From Alphaproteobacteria bacterium (GTDB lineage: Bacteria; Pseudomonadota; Alphaproteobacteria; MPNO01): a DNA stretch of 64,000 nt. Under the pieces are notes generated by a model. It ran no database searches. It was not told the origin of the DNA and worked only from the letters and a program-made list of their open reading frames with translations. Made by a program: the position numbers and the translations under genes. Each line of letters opens with the position of its first letter. The first letter of the stretch is position 1. Shown piece after piece: positions 31,410 through 40,883 of this stretch. The stretch lies in NCBI GenBank assembly GCA_964291675.2, contig OZ219866.1:1152001-1216000 (forward strand), written 5' to 3'.

Positions 31410-31622
31410 CTAAAGATCGTTCGGGTCGATGCCGAGCTGCCTGCACATGCCGAAAAGCGTGCCCGTCTTGAGCGGCTTGCTGCGGTCCTTCACCACGGTA
31501 TGGCGGTCGCCGTAGTACAGGGTGCCGTGACTCCCTTTGCCCCTTGCCCGGTCGAACCTGACCGCGATCCCATTCCTGCGCGCCGGCTTTCTCACCCTCG
31601 CTATGAATTCACGCCCGTTCAC
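31410..31622 (-). CDS. hicA: HicA family toxin
   Basis: 70 aa basic protein with GKGSH motif and ..GTL..MCRQLGI; GTG start; directly upstream of hicB. Confidence 0.85.
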   Translation of the reverse strand: MNGREFIARVRKPARRNGIAVRFDRARGKGSHGTLYYGDRHTVVKDRSKPLKTGTLFGMCRQLGIDPNDL

Positions 31623-31633
31623 GGGTCGATAAG

Positions 31634-31651
31634 TCGCACAAAAATGCGCGA
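31634..31651. promoter_or_regulatory. Imperfect palindrome TCGCAC-N6-GCGCGA, candidate HicB operator
   Basis: Just upstream of hicA start; 5/6 arm match. Confidence 0.35.
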
Positions 31652-31733
31652 ATGGACAATCGTTGTCTCGAACAATTTTGCGCGAGCCGGTGACGAAGAG
31701 GCGCGGGGAGAACCCCCTCCCTGCTACCCCCCT

Positions 31734-31810
31734 CGTCATGCCCGGCCCCCGGATCAAGTCCGGGGGTGATCCGGGGGCCGGCCATGACGGGAGCGGGGCC
31801 GGCCATGACG
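31734..31810. repeat. Composite REP-like palindrome (family B)
   Basis: CGTCATGCCCGG..CCCCGGATCAAGTCCGGGG..CCGGCCATGACG, with the last arm duplicated. Confidence 0.75.
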
Positions 31811-31926
31811 GTGAGGGCGAGGGAAGGAACGCTTCCGGCCCGGCCGGGCGGTCACGCCAACCGGGGCTTTCGCCCCGGCCGGTTCGGCGGCACAATGGGC
31901 GCGCCAACCGTGCCGGGAGGGGCGCC

Positions 31927-32751
31927 ATGCCCAAGGTGCTGACAGAGGCCGAGGTCTCGCAGTTCTGGAACGAGGGGTACTGCTTTCCCTTCGATTGCCT
32001 GACGACCGGGGAAGCGGCACAGGCGCGGGCGAAGCTGGAAGCCTTCGAGGGCGAGATCGACGGCCACATCGACCGGCATCTCCGGGTCAAGGTCCATCTC
32101 GGCTTCATGTGGCTGTGGGAGCTCGCGCATCACCCGAAGATCCTCGACGCGGTGGAAGACCTGATCGGCCCCGACATTCTGCTCTACCTGTCGACGCTGT
32201 GGTTCAAGGACGCGGGCGACGGCAAGCGGGTCTCCTGGCACCAGGATTCGGCCTATTACGGGCTGGAGCCGCATGACGTGGTCACGCTGTGGCTCGGCTT
32301 CACCGATTCCAACGCGGAGAACGGCTGCGTGCAGGTCATCCCGGGCACCCACAAGGAGCCCGACTACGTCCATGTCGAGACCTATGCGGAGAACAACCTG
32401 CTGGCGCGCGGCCAGACCATCGAGGAGATCGACGACTCGAGGGCGGTGAAGCTGGAGCTCAAGGCCGGGCAGTTCTCGCTGCACCACGAGCGGCTGGTGC
32501 ACGGCTCGGCGCCGAATCGGTCGGACGACCGCCGGCTCGGCATGTCGTTCACCTATCTGCCGACCTATGTGCGCTGCAACCTGCCCAACCGCACGGCGGT
32601 GCTGTGCCGCGGCGTCGACGAGTACAATCACTGGCAGCGCGACCCCGAGCCGCAATGCGACCGCGACCCGGTGTGCTGGGAGGCGATCCGCTTCTGGATC
32701 GAGGGCTACGCCGACCCCGACATCACCCAGGAAGCGCTGATCACCCGTTGA
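31927..32751 (+). CDS. PhyH family Fe(II)/2OG dioxygenase
   Basis: SWHQDSAYYGLEP, GQFSLHHERLVHGSAPN; paralog of 24432 and 55269. Confidence 0.9.
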   Translation: MPKVLTEAEVSQFWNEGYCFPFDCLTTGEAAQARAKLEAFEGEIDGHIDRHLRVKVHLGFMWLWELAHHPKILDAVEDLIGPDILLYLSTLWFKDAGDGKRVSWHQDSAYYGLEPHDVVTLWLGFTDSNAENGCVQVIPGTHKEPDYVHVETYAENNLLARGQTIEEIDDSRAVKLELKAGQFSLHHERLVHGSAPNRSDDRRLGMSFTYLPTYVRCNLPNRTAVLCRGVDEYNHWQRDPEPQCDRDPVCWEAIRFWIEGYADPDITQEALITR

Positions 32752-32753
32752 GG

Positions 32754-32872
32754 GCGTCCTTCGATACGCCCCGGATCGGGTCCGGGGCTACTCGGGATGA
32801 GCATACGCGGTGGGCGGCCCAATACCCTCTCCTCTTTCCGGGTAGGCCCGAAGCGCCGTATCGAGGGATGCC
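32754..32872. repeat. Palindromic intergenic repeat, family A copy 3 (with family B core inside)
   Basis: GCGTCCTTCGATACG[CCCCGGATCGGGTCCGGGG]CTACTCGGGATGAG ... GTATCGAGGGATGC. Confidence 0.75.
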
Positions 32873-32956
32873 CGGCCCGCTCTATCATTGCAAGGCGACG
32901 AGCGACCTCATCGCGCAGCGGCGCTGTGCCGCCCGCCCCATGGCGGGCCGACCATA

Positions 32957-34210
32957 GTGGCGCGGGCCTCCTGGCTCGGCGGTATCGGGACCGCGCTCGG
33001 GCATCGCGACTACCGGGTCTACTCGATCGGCGCCTCTGGGCCGTTTCTCGGCACCTGGATCTACCGCACCGCGCTCGGCTGGCTCGCCTGGGAGCTGACG
33101 CGCTCGCCGGCCTGGCTCGGCATCGTGGTGTTCTGCGAGGTGGTGCCGATCATCGCGCTGGTGCCGCTGACCGGGGCGGCGACCGACCGGCTCGGCGCCT
33201 ACCGGATTTTCAGGACGGCGCAAGCCTCCGGCGCTTGCGTCATGGCGGCGCTCGCGCTCGCCACGGCGCTGGGCGCGATCTCCATCGAGCTGTTGCTGGC
33301 GCTGACCGTGCTGAACGGCGTCAACATGGCCTTCATGCAACCCTCCTATTTCGCCCTGGTCGCCAACCTGGTGCCGCGCGAGGCGCTGTCGTCGGCGGTC
33401 GCCCTGCAATCCTCGATGGTCCAGACCGCGCGCTTCGTCGGCCCGGCGATCGCCGGCGCGCTGCTGCTCTGGCAGGGCGCGGCGGCGGCGTTCGCGGTCA
33501 ACGCGGTCTCCTATGTCGGCATGGTGGCGGCGCTGCTCGCGATCTCGTATCGCGATCCGGCGCGGATGGCGGGTCCCGCCGGCGGGCTGCTCGGCGACGT
33601 GGCCCAGGGGCTCCGCTACATCGCCGGCCACGCGACCATCCGCACGCTTCTGTTGATGACGGTCGCGTTCTCGGTGCTGCTGCGCCCGGTGGTCGAGCTG
33701 CTGCCGGCCTTCGCAGCCGAGGTGTTCGGGCGCGGCGCGGACGGGCTGGCGACCCTGCTGTCCGCGGCGGGAGCGGGCGCCATCGTCGGCTCGCTGGTGC
33801 TCGCCCGGCGCGGCAGGACGCAGGGTCTGACGCGGCTCCTCGGGGCTTCCGGCGCGCTCTGCGGCATCGTCGTCGCCGGGTTCGCCGCGACCGATGCGTT
33901 CTGGCTCGGCATCGCCCTGATGGCCACCTACGGGCTGCTCTCCAACGCCAACTCGATCTGCAGCCAGATCCTGATCCAGAACTGCGTCGACCCGGCGATG
34001 CGGGCCCGCGTGATGAGCCTGGTCGGGCTCACCTTCCGCGCCGTGCCGGCGGCGAGCGCGGCGCTGTTCGGGGCGCTCGCGGCAGTGTTCTCCCTCGGCC
34101 CGCCGATCGCGGTGGCGGCCTTGCTCGGCACCCTCGTCGGGTTGTGGACGCTGAACCTGATCCGCAGCGCGCGCCTCGACGAGCGCGCCGAGGGGCCGCC
34201 CGCGGGTTAG
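32957..34210 (+). CDS. MFS transporter (MFS_3/DUF894-like)
   Basis: 12-TM pattern; WLAWELT.S..WLG; ARFVGPAIAG; MRARVMSL. Confidence 0.85.
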   Translation: MARASWLGGIGTALGHRDYRVYSIGASGPFLGTWIYRTALGWLAWELTRSPAWLGIVVFCEVVPIIALVPLTGAATDRLGAYRIFRTAQASGACVMAALALATALGAISIELLLALTVLNGVNMAFMQPSYFALVANLVPREALSSAVALQSSMVQTARFVGPAIAGALLLWQGAAAAFAVNAVSYVGMVAALLAISYRDPARMAGPAGGLLGDVAQGLRYIAGHATIRTLLLMTVAFSVLLRPVVELLPAFAAEVFGRGADGLATLLSAAGAGAIVGSLVLARRGRTQGLTRLLGASGALCGIVVAGFAATDAFWLGIALMATYGLLSNANSICSQILIQNCVDPAMRARVMSLVGLTFRAVPAASAALFGALAAVFSLGPPIAVAALLGTLVGLWTLNLIRSARLDERAEGPPAG

Positions 34211-34320
34211 GGCGGAGGCGGTCCCATTCGGCGCGGCGGCGCGGCGGTTGTCGGACTGGCAGCCATAGGTTACAGCGGTGCGCGATCGTGCCCATCGAGA
34301 GCGCCGCGCCGGAGGCAGGT

Positions 34321-34608
34321 ATGACCGAAACATTCACCAGGTGGGATGTCACCGAGCATCTTCGCACCCGGGAAGATGCGCGCCTTTACTTGCAGGCCTG
34401 CGCGGAGGAGGATCCGGGCGACGGCAGCCTGATCCGCGCGGCGCTCAACGACATCGCTCGCGCCGGCAACATGAGCAGGCTGGCCCGCGACGCCGGGATG
34501 AGCCGCGAAGGGCTCTACAAGGCCCTGTCGGAGGACGGCAATCCCAGCTTCGCCACGGTGATGCGGATCGCCAGGGCGCTCGGGATGCGGCTGCGGATTA
34601 CCGTCTAG
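34321..34608 (+). CDS. Addiction module antidote protein (HTH), orphan
   Basis: WD..EHL.T.ED...YL, AAL.DIARA..MS.LARDAG.SREGLYKALS..GNPSF. Confidence 0.9.
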   Translation: MTETFTRWDVTEHLRTREDARLYLQACAEEDPGDGSLIRAALNDIARAGNMSRLARDAGMSREGLYKALSEDGNPSFATVMRIARALGMRLRITV

Positions 34609-35404
34609 CGGGCGGCGTCCGCCCGGGCTCCGAGATCAGCAGGTAGCCGCGGTTCTCGACGGTGTCGAAGGTGCGCATCGCGGCGACCAGGTCGGCCGAG
34701 GCCACCCACACCCAGGGCGCCCGGTTGGGGTTCACGTCCATGATCAGGAAGGAATCGCTCGCCGCGTCATAGGCGCCGAGCGGAGAGATGTGCCCGCCGC
34801 CGGGCTGGCCGAGCGCCTTGCGCGCATAGTTGACCAGCACGTAGTCGTCGCGCGCGGCGAGGTTGCGGGCAAGCTCGCGGGCGACCGCCCCGGCATCGGC
34901 GGCCTTGTCCACCACGCGGACGGTTACCGCGAGCCCGTGGGCGCGCAGCACCCGGGCGAGCTGGCGCAGCTGCAGGCCGAAATCGCGCACGGGCTTGCCG
35001 CCGATCTCGATCGGCTTGCCGAGCACCTCGATCTTCGACTTGGTGCGTTCGGTCAGCACGTTGTTCGGCGTGTACTTGCCGAAGAACGGGTTGAAGCCCT
35101 GGGGCAGAAAGGCGCGCTCGTCCTCGGCGATGGATTGCCGGTCCTCGGGCAGGCCCTGCTTCCGGCCCAGCCTGAGCGCGTTCAGCACGATGGCCGACGA
35201 GACCGGGCCGCAGAAGATCTTGTTGTCCTGGCTCACGAAGTGGTTGCTGAGCGGGAAGAAGTCGGTCTTGTGGGCGGAACGCGCGAGGCGCCGGAGGCTC
35301 TCCCCGGACTGCCATTCGACCAGCTCGGGCGCGGCACCCGAAGGGCTTCCCGCCGCCACGGCGGCGGGCAGCGCGAGGAGCAGCAGCAGCGCGGATCGTT
35401 TCAT
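34598..35404 (-). CDS. Phytochelatin synthase family protein with signal peptide
   Basis: Q....FCG..S..IVLNAL (Cys), GGGHISPLGAYD (His), MDV (Asp) triad. Confidence 0.85.
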   Translation of the reverse strand: MKRSALLLLLALPAAVAAGSPSGAAPELVEWQSGESLRRLARSAHKTDFFPLSNHFVSQDNKIFCGPVSSAIVLNALRLGRKQGLPEDRQSIAEDERAFLPQGFNPFFGKYTPNNVLTERTKSKIEVLGKPIEIGGKPVRDFGLQLRQLARVLRAHGLAVTVRVVDKAADAGAVARELARNLAARDDYVLVNYARKALGQPGGGHISPLGAYDAASDSFLIMDVNPNRAPWVWVASADLVAAMRTFDTVENRGYLLISEPGRTPPARR

Positions 35405-36441
35405 CGTTGCCTCCCGGCTCCCGCCTCGGCCTCGATGCGCTGCGCGAGCATGCGGCGGAAGGCGAGCCCGGGCCCGTCCACGCTGATGTCGATCGAGAAC
35501 GCCCCCGGGCGGCGGTCGATATTCGCCTGCTGGGCGGCGAGGATCGAGACGTCCTCGCCAAAGACGCGGCGGAAATCGACCCGGAAGCGCGCGTCCATCG
35601 CCGCGTCGTCGAGGGCGAAGCTCCGCGCATGCGCGTAGAAATAATGCGTGGTGGTCGCGGTCTCGGGCGTCATGGCGTTGAGGTTGAAGAACTCGACCCT
35701 CCGTTCCGTCGGGGCGTCGGCGCCGCCGGCGCCCGCCGGCGCGCAGCCGGCATGCACCGTGTTGTAGGCGGGGAGCGTGGACACCGCGACCTGCCAGCGG
35801 TCGACATTGCCGTCGAACCCGCCCATCTCGCCATAGAGCGGCGGCGCCGGCGAGTCGGCCACCAGCCGCGACATGGTGACGAAGTCCTCGCCGCGCCCGG
35901 TCTCGATCGGGAAGTCGGCGACGTTGTCGGTGCCGATCGAGCCCGCATGCACATAGGCGACATGCGAGAGATCGAGCAGGTTGTCGTTGAGCAGCAGGTA
36001 GTTCGCCTCGACATGGAAGGGCTCGCCGCCTTTGACCGGGCGCCAGTCGGGATGGTCCATCCACCACCAGTCGGGGATCAGCGCGGGGTCGGCGGCCTCG
36101 GCATCGCCCATCCAGATCCACACCCAGCCATGGCGCTCGGCGAGCGGGAAGGCACGGACGCCCGCGCCGGGCGGGACGGTCGACTGGCCGGGCACCGCAA
36201 CGCAGCGCCCGTTCGCATCGAAGCGGAGCCCGTGATAGCCGCACTGGAGGGTCTCGCCCACCAGGCGTCCCATCGAGAGCGGCAGCGCGCGGTGGCAGCA
36301 GCGGTCCTCGAGCGCGGCCGCCCGGCCGTCCGGGGTGCGGAACAGGACCACCGGCCGGCCCAGGATCGTGCGGGCGAGCGGGGTCCCGGCGACCTCGTCG
36401 TCCCAGGCGGCGGCGTACCAGCAATTCTTCAGATACGTCAT
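35401..36441 (-). CDS. Rieske oxygenase, vanillate O-demethylase VanA-like
   Basis: LKNCWY, DRCCHR.LPLS.G, CGYHG, DNLLDLSH..YVH. Confidence 0.9.
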   Translation of the reverse strand: MTYLKNCWYAAAWDDEVAGTPLARTILGRPVVLFRTPDGRAAALEDRCCHRALPLSMGRLVGETLQCGYHGLRFDANGRCVAVPGQSTVPPGAGVRAFPLAERHGWVWIWMGDAEAADPALIPDWWWMDHPDWRPVKGGEPFHVEANYLLLNDNLLDLSHVAYVHAGSIGTDNVADFPIETGRGEDFVTMSRLVADSPAPPLYGEMGGFDGNVDRWQVAVSTLPAYNTVHAGCAPAGAGGADAPTERRVEFFNLNAMTPETATTTHYFYAHARSFALDDAAMDARFRVDFRRVFGEDVSILAAQQANIDRRPGAFSIDISVDGPGLAFRRMLAQRIEAEAGAGRQR

Positions 36442-37391
36442 GCAGCCTCCGCCAGCCTGGGGAACAGGCGCCTCGCGTTGCCGTGTTCCATCATCGCGCG
36501 GCCCGCCGCGTCGAACCCCTCGTAGCCGTCGGTCCCGGCGGTCTCCGAATCCGCGACCTCGTCTGGAATATAGGGATAGTCGGTGCCGAACAGAATGCGG
36601 TCCGGCCCGGCGAGGGCTTGCAGCGCGGCGAGCGCCGCCGCATCGCCCGACAGCGCGGTGTCGTAGTAGAGCCGGCCGAGATAGGCGCGCGCGCCGTCGG
36701 GGTAGTTCTCGCGGAAGCGGGTGAGCGTGTCGAAGATCTCGATCCGGTGGGCGAGCGCCGGCAGCGCGCCGCCGGCATGCGACAGGATGAACCGGATCCC
36801 GGGCATCTCCGCCAGCACCCCGTTGAACAGCAGGCTCGCCGCCGCCCGCGCGGTTTCGCAGGGGTAGTCGACGATCGGCCTCGGCACGATATAGTCGCTC
36901 TCGGCGCTCTCGGCCGGGTAGGTCGGGTGGATGAGCACCACGGCGGCGCGCCGGTCGAGCTCGCGGTAGATCTCGCGGAAATCGGCATGGCCCGCCGGGC
37001 GGTCGTCGTTCCGCGTCAGGTGCATGAACCCGTCGAGGCCCACGGTCTCGGCGTATTCGATCTCGGCCAGGCAGTCGTCGACGTCGGGGAAGGGGAGCGC
37101 GGCGAAGGCGCCGAAACGGCCCGCGTGGCCGGCGATCAGCCCGGCGAGATAGTCGTTGCAGCGCCGCGCGAGGTCCCGGCAGGCCGCCCGGTCGCCGTAG
37201 TAGAGGCCGGGCGCCGAGAACGACAGGACCGCGGTGGCGATCCCCTGCCGGTCCATCAGCGCGAGCGAGGTCTCCGGCGACCAGTCGGGGAACGGCCGGT
37301 AGGCGGTCGAGGGATAGCCGCCCGCGGTCTGCGCCTCGCGGAAGAACCGCGGCAGCACGTGGTGGTGAACGTCGATGCGGTCCTGTCTCAT
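36438..37391 (-). CDS. Amidohydrolase_2 family decarboxylase-like protein
   Basis: IDVHHH, IHP, SHAGG.LP, LYYDTA, FGTDYPY. Confidence 0.85.
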   Translation of the reverse strand: MRQDRIDVHHHVLPRFFREAQTAGGYPSTAYRPFPDWSPETSLALMDRQGIATAVLSFSAPGLYYGDRAACRDLARRCNDYLAGLIAGHAGRFGAFAALPFPDVDDCLAEIEYAETVGLDGFMHLTRNDDRPAGHADFREIYRELDRRAAVVLIHPTYPAESAESDYIVPRPIVDYPCETARAAASLLFNGVLAEMPGIRFILSHAGGALPALAHRIEIFDTLTRFRENYPDGARAYLGRLYYDTALSGDAAALAALQALAGPDRILFGTDYPYIPDEVADSETAGTDGYEGFDAAGRAMMEHGNARRLFPRLAEAA

Positions 37392-38488
37392 GCGCGGTCC
37401 CAGGTGGGTTGGGCGGGAGAGGGCACTATAGCGCGGCTGGGCGGCACGGGTCGGGCGAGGCGCCGGGGCGGCGGGTTGAACGCCGGATTCTCCGGTGCTG
37501 CGGCCGGGCCCCAGGCGGAGATGTCCGGATCGGCGACCGGCGCGCCGCGCCCGCGCAGGCGGTCTCGTACATAGCCGGCAAGCCCGCCGGGGACGGCCAT
37601 CGCCCACAGCAGCCGGGCGCGCGCATGGCGGAGGTCGCGAAGCTGGCGCCGGGGCGAGCGTCCGATGTGCAGGCCCAGTCTCGTGATCTTGCGCGCGGCG
37701 TTCAGGAATGCCATCGGCTTGTTCCGGCAATAGTCGAAATCGTCGTTGAGCCTGGCGAGCGCCTGCAGATAGTTCCCGCGCGGCCACTTGACGGCGTCCG
37801 GCCATGCGTCGGACAGGCGCGCCTCACCGTCGTTCCTGAAATAGCGCCGGATCGGACGATCGACGATTATCGACTGGTACCGCCGGGACGTCCGGTTGTG
37901 CGTGACGCTTTCCGGGCAGTGTTCCGAATTCGTCAACTCGACGAATCTCTGTTTCCTGCAAACTGGCGTTTTCATCACGCCGATCATCTCGCCGGAGAAA
38001 TTCGGCCCGTAATACGCTTCCCGGAAGGATTGTCGCAGCGCTTCCCCCGGCATCGCGCTTTCATGCGCCAGGCGTCCAAGCAGTGTTCCGGTCTCGTCCA
38101 CACAGCGGAACACCAGCTGGTACGCGTCCGGATTGGCGTCGATCCGGGTGTGCTCGCGCCAATACGCTACGGTCTCCAGGGCATCGTCGAGCAGCGCATC
38201 GTCGCTGTCCAGGATCAACGTGTAGTCCCCCGAAAGGAATTCGGTTCCGGAATTCACGGCCGCGTTTCTTCCCCGGTTCCCGTCGTAGCGGTACCAGGAG
38301 ATCGGGAAGCCGGCCTCGGCCTGCCAGCGGGCGAGAAGGGAGGGCGTGTCGTCGGTCGAGCCGTCATCCACCACGACCCATTCGAAATCGCCTGTCTTCT
38401 GCCGCCTCAGGCTGTCATAGGCGCGGTGCAGCACGTGCGCGCGGTTATAGGTCGGCGTCAGGATCGAGAACGCTGGCCGCGCGGGCAT
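37388..38488 (-). CDS. Glycosyltransferase family 2
   Basis: TPTYNR, VVDDGSTD, LDSDD. Confidence 0.85.
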   Translation of the reverse strand: MPARPAFSILTPTYNRAHVLHRAYDSLRRQKTGDFEWVVVDDGSTDDTPSLLARWQAEAGFPISWYRYDGNRGRNAAVNSGTEFLSGDYTLILDSDDALLDDALETVAYWREHTRIDANPDAYQLVFRCVDETGTLLGRLAHESAMPGEALRQSFREAYYGPNFSGEMIGVMKTPVCRKQRFVELTNSEHCPESVTHNRTSRRYQSIIVDRPIRRYFRNDGEARLSDAWPDAVKWPRGNYLQALARLNDDFDYCRNKPMAFLNAARKITRLGLHIGRSPRRQLRDLRHARARLLWAMAVPGGLAGYVRDRLRGRGAPVADPDISAWGPAAAPENPAFNPPPRRLARPVPPSRAIVPSPAQPTWDRA

Positions 38489-38717
38489 CAACGGGCCCTC
38501 CTGCCGTCGCGGGGGAGGTGCGCGGCAACGACTTTGCGAAGTTCGTTCGCCATCCTTTCCGGCGCGGAGCCGGCGGTTCGGGCACACCAGACGGTGTCGG
38601 TCGCGGATCGGGTCGGTGCCCGCGGCATGACCCTCGCGAGCGTGCGAGGTCCGCCCGCCGGGCCAGCCCGGTCCGGGCGCAGGACGATATCCGGAACGCG
38701 AAACGGCTGTGCGGGCA

Positions 38718-39578
38718 TCAACGCTCGTCTTCGTCGCGAAAAAACCCTCCCAGCGCGAATTCGGCTTCGGGCGGGTTCAGGGGTTCTCCCGCGGAACCGG
38801 GAACAAAGGTCAGTTCTCCGACCCTTATTTCGCGCTCGGTGGCGTACAGGTCCACCCGGACGAACGGGAACGGGGCCGAAAGACGCCGCGCCACGCGGAG
38901 CATATCATCGAGCAGCGCGGGTCTCGGATCGTCGGCGTCCCTGCCCGGATAGAGCAGCGTGGCGGGGATGCGGGCCCACGATATGTCGTACAGGTTTCGC
39001 GTGTGTCCCGCGAAACGGTCCGAATCCACCTGGATAAGTTTTGGGACGCCTCGGACGCAAAAGATCTTGTAGTCGTCGGGGACCGTCCTTCCATCCTCCG
39101 AGAAGAACGCCTCGACGATGATCTTGGGAACCAGGTGGCGATAGTTGTGTTCCTGGGAGAGACGGTAGTAGCGGATCCCGAACCATTGCCGCAGTTCGCC
39201 GCGATCGGGGAAATCGGACGGATCCATGCAGATCGCCGCCTGACCGCTGGAATGGGTGGGCTTGATGACGCATGGAAACCGGTCGGGAACGTAGGTCTCC
39301 AAGTCTTCCGGGTGCCGCAGGATGCGATAGGTCTCGATCGCGTATCCGCTTCCCAGGACCGATGAAATGTACTGCTTCGCATACTCCTTGTCGGTGACGA
39401 ACTGGATCAGCGGGTCGTAACCCAGCCCGCTCGTCTTCAGTGCGAAGAGATGGTCGTTGAAGCGGACGGGGCGGCGCCGCGGGAACCGGCCGAGCCGCTT
39501 GCGAAATCGGTACAGCGCGAACAGCCGGTCCCCCCAGAGGGTCGTCGGCAAAATTTGTCGCAACAATGTCTCGCTCAT
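38718..39578 (-). CDS. TupA-like ATP-grasp fold amidoligase
   Basis: DK..AK.YI, VIKPTHSSG, DYKIFC..G, RVDLY, GELTF.P. Confidence 0.85.
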   Translation of the reverse strand: MSETLLRQILPTTLWGDRLFALYRFRKRLGRFPRRRPVRFNDHLFALKTSGLGYDPLIQFVTDKEYAKQYISSVLGSGYAIETYRILRHPEDLETYVPDRFPCVIKPTHSSGQAAICMDPSDFPDRGELRQWFGIRYYRLSQEHNYRHLVPKIIVEAFFSEDGRTVPDDYKIFCVRGVPKLIQVDSDRFAGHTRNLYDISWARIPATLLYPGRDADDPRPALLDDMLRVARRLSAPFPFVRVDLYATEREIRVGELTFVPGSAGEPLNPPEAEFALGGFFRDEDER

Positions 39579-39584
39579 GGCCGA

Positions 39585-40883
39585 TCAGGCGCTCCGGTCC
39601 GCGGTGTCCCGGCGGACCAGCGTTTCGAACAGGGCGTCATAGGCCGCTACCGCCCGTTCCACCGAGAAGTCGTCGGCGCGGCGCCGGAGCGCCTCCGCCG
39701 GGACGGCATTGCCTTTCAGCATCTCGACGATCGCCCGTGCGAGCGCCGGCGCGTCGCCCACCGGGGTCAGGGGCCCCCAGCGGCCGGCTTCGAGGATCTC
39801 GCCCGGCCCGAACGGCGCATCGGTGGCCACCACCGGGGTTCCGCAGGCCATCGCCTCGATCAGGACGTTGGGCAGACCTTCGTAGCGCGAGGACAGGACG
39901 AACAGCGCGGCGCGCCGCATGTAGCGAAACGGGTTCTCGTCGAAGCCGAGGAGTGCGATGTCGGTCTCCGCCCCGAGCGGTCCGGCCGACGACTGGAGCT
40001 CTTCGCGATTCGCTTCGGACAGACGGCCCAGGATGGCGAGGCGCGCAGGCGTCTCGCGGCGCACGAGAGCGAAGGCCCGGACCAGGGTCGCCAGGTCCTT
40101 TTGCCCGCCGCCCCGGAACACCGAGAGCAGCACGGGCGGTTCTCCGTCGTCGAACCAGGGATGGTCCACGGCCCTCTCGGCCAGGCGCCGGATTTCCCCG
40201 AGCGGCTTGGGGTTGTAGATCGTGTGCACGCGACCGGCGTCGAGACCAAGCGCTTCGATAGCATCGGCGGCAACCCCCCGCGACACCGCCACCACCGCAT
40301 CCGCCTCGGGCGTAAGCGCGCGGGCGAAGGACTTTTGCCGCTCGCCGTAACCCTTGCCGACATTGTTGCGCAGCGAGACCGCCACCGGCACGTTCCGGCC
40401 GTTCAACGCCGCCCCGAGGACCGCGCCGTCGTTGGCAAGATGGAGCGCGGACAGCAGTAGGTCGGGCTCCGCCTCGCGGATGTAGCGGGCCACGCCCAAG
40501 GCTGCGCGCAGGCGGGAGACCCGGTTCGCGGCGCGCGGGAACCGCCGGCGCAGGCGATGCCACCCCGCGAGGGCTTTCAGCGGGCCGGTGCGGAGCGGCC
40601 GCAGCGCGACCCCGCGCGCGCGGATATAGCGCGCGAGCTCCGGGTCGGGCGTGCGGGCGAGATGGTGGTAGACGGCGATTCCGTCGGGGATCGCCGCGCG
40701 GTAAGGCCCGCTGAGGCGCAGCAGAACGAGGTCGACGCGATACCGGCGCTCGACCAGCGCCCCCGCCAGCGTCAGCATGGCCCGTTCCGCACCCCCGCCT
40801 CCCAGATCCGGCAGGACGATGCCGATATGCCGGGGCGAGATCTCGTGTCGTCGGCCGGTTGCTGTCGAAGGCGGCTGGGTCAA
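39585..40883 (-). CDS. Glycosyltransferase family 4
   Basis: GGGAER, IYNP, QKD..TL, SSRYEGLPNVLIEAMACG.PVV; start codon uncertain (TTG). Confidence 0.9.
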   Translation of the reverse strand: MTQPPSTATGRRHEISPRHIGIVLPDLGGGGAERAMLTLAGALVERRYRVDLVLLRLSGPYRAAIPDGIAVYHHLARTPDPELARYIRARGVALRPLRTGPLKALAGWHRLRRRFPRAANRVSRLRAALGVARYIREAEPDLLLSALHLANDGAVLGAALNGRNVPVAVSLRNNVGKGYGERQKSFARALTPEADAVVAVSRGVAADAIEALGLDAGRVHTIYNPKPLGEIRRLAERAVDHPWFDDGEPPVLLSVFRGGGQKDLATLVRAFALVRRETPARLAILGRLSEANREELQSSAGPLGAETDIALLGFDENPFRYMRRAALFVLSSRYEGLPNVLIEAMACGTPVVATDAPFGPGEILEAGRWGPLTPVGDAPALARAIVEMLKGNAVPAEALRRRADDFSVERAVAAYDALFETLVRRDTADRSA

